A stretch of DNA of 62,652 bases from Parcubacteria group bacterium (lineage in GTDB: Bacteria > Patescibacteriota > Minisyncoccia > Phycocordibacterales > Phycocordibacteraceae): positions 1 to 62,652 of the forward strand of contig JAQBRJ010000006.1 in NCBI GenBank assembly GCA_028286545.1. Reading direction: 5' to 3'. The translations under genes were made by a program, and so were the position numbers. Of the stretch, positions 59,730 to 62,652 are shown piece by piece. Position 1 is the first letter of the stretch; every line of letters begins with the position of its first letter. The notes below the pieces were generated by a model. That model was not told the DNA's origin, searched no databases, and saw nothing but the letters and a program-made list of their open reading frames with translations.

Positions 59730-60872
59730 ATGACTAATAATGGCACCCGCGCTTATTTCGATGCGCTCGTCGCGAAAGTCCATTCCTATGATGGATACCG
59801 CGACCCATACGGGTTCGGTATTGGCATATGCCATGTCGACGAGGGAGAGAACTTCCTCGACGGATACTTTGCGCTGCCAAACTACATGGAGAATCTCGCA
59901 ACCGCCGCGGTAATCGCCGAACACACGGGCTATCGTCGTGGCAATGCGACGTATGTCTTGACCCTGCAACAAATGTTTATGATTCGCGAGGAATTCCGTT
60001 GCTTCGACGGTGACGGTAAACCGCATCCGAATATTGACGTGATGGATAGTATCAAACGCGTTCCCAAGGATTCACACGATCGTCGGAAGCTGGTCGCGAC
60101 GTTCATCGGCCATCCCGAAGACGACGACGAAACGCCGTGGAGCGTGCCGGAGATTTATCTCCGGCTTCATTTGCTGAGTCACCGGAAGGTTTTGCCGAAC
60201 GAAATCGGCGTGACTCCCGGGAAGATCATGGGGCAACTTCCGAATGTGGCGTGGACCAGTGAAGGGCCAATCGCAACCAACGAAGTGAACGGCCGCATCC
60301 TTGCTGCTCGAGTAGCAGGTAATGCGCTTCGGGTGTATGGCGTCGATAGGCTGCCGCACATGTGCGACTATGTCGTGCCTGAAGGCGTGCGTATCGCCGA
60401 CTCGGCCCGGGTTCGTCTCGGTGCCTATGTCGGCGTCGGCACGACGATGATGCCTTCGGGCTTCATCAACTTCAACGCGGGAACGCGTGGGAGGGCGATG
60501 ATCGAAGGGCGTGTGAGCCAGGGCGTGATCGTCGGTGACGGTTCTGACCTGGGCGGTGGCGCATCGACACAGGGTACGATGTCCGGCGGAAGTAACGTGC
60601 AAGTCTCGATCGGCGAACGCACACTCATCGGCGCTCTTGCCGGTACGGGTATCTCACTCGGCGACGACTGTATCGTTGCCGCTGGCGTATATATCATGCC
60701 GAGCAATGAAATCACCGTCCGTGATCAGAACGGGGCGGTGATTCGCCAAGCAAAGGTGTATGAATTCTCCGGGCAGAGCGGCTTGAAGTTTAACCGCGGC
60801 GAGCACGGCGAACTACAAGTATGCCCGAACGATAAGGCGGTCGTGCTTAACCCGCTCCTTCATTCGAACTAG
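59730..60872 (+). CDS. dapD: 2,3,4,5-tetrahydropyridine-2,6-dicarboxylate N-succinyltransferase, long (Pseudomonas-type) form
   Basis: YLRLHLLSHR, LPNVAWT, DYVVPEGVRIADSARVRLGAYVG.GTT.M..GF.NFNAGT.G..MIEGRVS.GV.VG.GSDLGGG.ST.GT.SGG and a C-terminal LN..LHSN match long-form DapD as I recall it. AAAGGGGA lies 6 nt upstream of ATG 59730. G+C is 36/60 at 60421-60480. Confidence 0.8.
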   Translation: MTNNGTRAYFDALVAKVHSYDGYRDPYGFGIGICHVDEGENFLDGYFALPNYMENLATAAVIAEHTGYRRGNATYVLTLQQMFMIREEFRCFDGDGKPHPNIDVMDSIKRVPKDSHDRRKLVATFIGHPEDDDETPWSVPEIYLRLHLLSHRKVLPNEIGVTPGKIMGQLPNVAWTSEGPIATNEVNGRILAARVAGNALRVYGVDRLPHMCDYVVPEGVRIADSARVRLGAYVGVGTTMMPSGFINFNAGTRGRAMIEGRVSQGVIVGDGSDLGGGASTQGTMSGGSNVQVSIGERTLIGALAGTGISLGDDCIVAAGVYIMPSNEITVRDQNGAVIRQAKVYEFSGQSGLKFNRGEHGELQVCPNDKAVVLNPLLHSN

Positions 60873-60896
60873 GTTCCTCCATACAGGAACACTCAG

Positions 60897-60926
60897 GGCG
60901 GCATCGTTAGATGCCGCCTATTTTTA
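60897..60926 (+). terminator. Intrinsic terminator after dapD
   Basis: GGCGGCAUC-GUUA-GAUGCCGCC followed by UAUUUUUA. Confidence 0.75.
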
Positions 60927-61025
60927 TACTCCTTCATGAATACTTCAGGCCCTACTCAGTATCGTAAATAAACCTTAAGACTCGTGTATGTCTTAAGCAT
61001 TCTTGATTATTTTAATTCGTTACCT

Positions 61026-61175
61026 ATGCTTACGACTATTGCTGTCATCTTACTCGTGCTCTGGGCTATCGGTCTCGTTAGCTCCTATACCCTCGGTGGT
61101 CTCATCCATGTCTTATTGGTAATCGCCATCATTCTTATCATCGTTCGCTTGGTTCAAGGAAAGAAAGTCGTCTAA
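61026..61175 (+). CDS. lmo0937-family small membrane protein
   Basis: 49 aa from ATG 61026: MLTTIAVILLVLWAIGLVSSYTLGGLIHVLLVIAIILIIVRLVQGKKVV, the typical two-helix family pattern. Confidence 0.7.
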   Translation: MLTTIAVILLVLWAIGLVSSYTLGGLIHVLLVIAIILIIVRLVQGKKVV

Positions 61176-61187
61176 CCTACTACGGGT

Positions 61188-61400
61188 ATGCCTCGCGGAG
61201 ACAAATCAAGTTATACGGATAAGCAGAAGCGACAGGCTGAACATATCGAAGAAGGATATGAGAAGCGTGGGGTTACAAAGAAAACTGCTGAAGCGCGTGC
61301 GTGGGCCACGGTGAATAAGGAAGATCATGGCGGAAAGAAGTCCGGTAGTGGACGTGGTACAAAGAAAGCTGCAGCGACCAGAAAGCGGAAGGCTTCATAA
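61188..61400 (+). CDS. Small basic hydrophilic protein (often annotated plasmid-stabilisation/stress-type protein)
   Basis: 70 aa. MPRGDKSSYTDKQKRQAEHIEEGYEKRGV..K.AEARAWATVNK..GGKKSGSGRG. Confidence 0.55.
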   Translation: MPRGDKSSYTDKQKRQAEHIEEGYEKRGVTKKTAEARAWATVNKEDHGGKKSGSGRGTKKAAATRKRKAS

Positions 61401-61437
61401 CATACTAGTGACACCATAGGCTTGATATACTAGCACT

Positions 61438-61788
61438 ATGAAATATTGGATCACTCGATTCTCACATCCGCTTCGCGGTCTATTGTTCGCCGTAAAGAAT
61501 GATTTAGCGATACAGATAGATTTGGGTCTTGGAATCATAGGGATTCCGGCTGTATCCCTTTTGGTCGGAGGACTTTCTACTAACGAGCTACTCCTGCTCG
61601 TGTTTTGTTGGTTTTTTGTCGTCGTTGCCGAATTACAAAACACTGCTATCGAAACAGCCCTCGATCAAGTACATCCTGAACACCACGAAGCGATCGGCCG
61701 TAGCAAAGACATGACTGCTGCAGCGGTTGTGTGGGCAGGAGTATTTGGGCTCATCTGTGTGGTACTTGTGATAAACGGAAAGATTTAA
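61438..61788 (+). CDS. dgkA: Diacylglycerol / undecaprenol kinase family protein
   Basis: 116 aa with three TM helices. VVVAELQNTAIETALDQV...HEAIGRSKDMTAAAV is the DgkA signature. Confidence 0.85.
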   Translation: MKYWITRFSHPLRGLLFAVKNDLAIQIDLGLGIIGIPAVSLLVGGLSTNELLLLVFCWFFVVVAELQNTAIETALDQVHPEHHEAIGRSKDMTAAAVVWAGVFGLICVVLVINGKI

Positions 61789-61800
61789 TATTCATATTTC

Positions 61801-62178
61801 ATGACTTCACCTATACTCGGACTTCGTACTACCATCTATAAAGTTTCTGACCTCGCGAAGGCGAAAGAATGGTATTCAAAAACTTTCGCAGCGACGCCCT
61901 ACTTTGATGAACCGTACTATGTAGGGTTTGAGATTGGTGGATTCGAGCTCGGTCTACAGCCTGAAGACGCACCGAAAGGCGAGAACGTTGCGGTCTTCTG
62001 GGGCGTTGAAGATATTCAAACTGAGTACGAACGATTTCTTGCGTGTGGTGCTACGGCAGTTGAGCCACCCATGAACGTCGGTGGCGAGATAATGGTCGCA
62101 ACCCTCAAAGACCCGTGGAACAATTTGCTCGGGCTTATTTATAATCCTGAATTTAAGGGATTTACTCCAGCGCCGTAG
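61801..62178 (+). CDS. VOC family protein (glyoxalase-like)
   Basis: 125 aa. LRTTIYKVSDLAKAKEWYSKTF and ...ATLKDPWNNLLGLIYN. Confidence 0.7.
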   Translation: MTSPILGLRTTIYKVSDLAKAKEWYSKTFAATPYFDEPYYVGFEIGGFELGLQPEDAPKGENVAVFWGVEDIQTEYERFLACGATAVEPPMNVGGEIMVATLKDPWNNLLGLIYNPEFKGFTPAP

Positions 62179-62261
62179 TGCAAAGCTCGGGGGAATTGAC
62201 GTGTAGCTGAGAGGGAGTATTCTATGCCCAGCCCGTCAATTAAGGCGGGAGGAGAAGTGCC

Positions 62262-62420
62262 ATGAGTTCCACCGAAGACGGTGTCTTTATCGAAAGCGCG
62301 AAGCGCAGCCAGCGCAATAACGCCATCGCCGCCGGCGCATTTGTCGTCGTCTGCGCAGTGGTCGGTGTTGTGCTCAAGTGGGACGCCATCGCCGCGTTCT
62401 TTTCGCACCACCTCGGCTGA
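62262..62420 (+). CDS. Possible 52-aa small membrane protein (below the ORF-track cut-off)
   Basis: My own translation: MSSTEDGVFIESAKRSQRNNAIAAGAFVVVCAVVGVVLKWDAIAAFFSHHLG. GGGAGGAG lies about 7 nt upstream. GC-rich. A 12-bp hairpin lies 25 nt downstream. Confidence 0.4.
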   Translation: MSSTEDGVFIESAKRSQRNNAIAAGAFVVVCAVVGVVLKWDAIAAFFSHHLG

Positions 62421-62444
62421 TGCCTCACCAGCGTCCGCCAACAC

Positions 62445-62473
62445 GACCTCCGTAGTCCAGTACTACGGAGGTC
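62445..62473 (+). terminator. Perfect 12-bp hairpin after the small ORF
   Basis: GACCTCCGTAGT-CCAGT-ACTACGGAGGTC. The downstream T-tract (GCTCGCATTTGTT) is weak. Confidence 0.4.
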
Positions 62474-62652
62474 GCTCGCATTTGTTCAGAGGTTGCATTT
62501 TATAGAGAAATCTGTCATACTGTCTTCACAACCGTTCTCCAAGTTTTTATATGCGCAGTGCGCATTCCCGGGACCACAGACCTCACAAGGTCCACACCCA
62601 AGAAACTCTTGAGACCGCTTGGGTCTGGATTTAACGCCAGAATTTATTCTGT

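Noticed and set aside
62139-62505. Track ORFs 62139..62444 (minus), 62240..62428 (minus) and 62281..62505 (plus).
   Set aside because: All are low-complexity Ala/Ser/Pro/Thr-rich translations in a GC-rich patch. The SD-led 52-aa frame at 62262..62420 is the more credible reading, though it is itself uncertain.
62483-62652. TTGCAT-17-CATACT promoter-like element followed by several short hairpins (GCGCAGTGCGC, GGACC...GGTCC, AGACC-GCTT-GGGTCT) at the window edge. I considered the 5' part of a structured RNA.
   Set aside because: I could not match it to tmRNA, RNase P, SRP, 6S or any riboswitch from memory, and the window ends here. Too little evidence to call.
1-62652. Search by eye for tRNA, rRNA, CRISPR, transposase or integrase genes and for direct repeats flanking the high-GC insertions.
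   Set aside because: I recognised none. A proper tRNAscan / Infernal / IS search could still find small elements I missed.

Overview
This 62.6-kb window is a bacterial chromosomal segment that is densely coding and mostly on the + strand. Hand counts of sampled lines give roughly 42-50% G+C in the bulk of the window. I found no rRNA, tRNA, CRISPR array, transposase or integrase.

The dominant feature is one uninterrupted 9,336-nt ORF (1646..10981, 3,111 aa).
- Its N-terminus is an intact PPDK_N-type ATP-grasp nucleotide-binding domain.
- Seven copies of the PEP-utilising-enzyme mobile (swivel) phosphohistidine domain follow, each preceded by a helical spacer domain.
- No PEP/pyruvate-binding TIM-barrel domain is present anywhere in the window.
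- The first ~785 aa match the domain order of rifampin phosphotransferase (ATP-grasp, substrate domain, C-terminal His domain). The remainder looks like six further substrate-domain-plus-His-domain modules.
- An eighth, free-standing module without an ATP-grasp lies at 55518..56954.
- I consider this poly-swivel phosphotransferase locus the candidate undescribed system. Flanking it are a histidine-phosphatase gene, a HAD phosphatase and a HIT hydrolase.

Other content:
- a DipZ-type thiol-disulfide membrane protein and an MscS channel
- a heterodimeric ABC exporter pair
- a detoxification cluster (beta-class GST, MsrA, MOSC, SRPBCC)
- a VanX-like dipeptidase and two MFS transporters
- an RND pump with a long adaptor and an AbrB-like regulator
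- a MarR / two-adaptor / DHA2-MFS efflux operon
- an SOS cassette (lexA, a Y-family polymerase and a DnaQ-GIY-YIG fusion) behind a perfect Cheo-type LexA box
- MltG, TypA, DgkA and three VOC-family genes

A second window-wide pattern concerns translation signals. Most genes have no Shine-Dalgarno motif. About nine short, mostly single-gene, higher-GC insertions do carry canonical AGGAG-type sites, and five of them also have a hairpin plus T-run terminator. This suggests repeated foreign gene acquisition.

Taxonomic origin cannot be established from the sequence alone.
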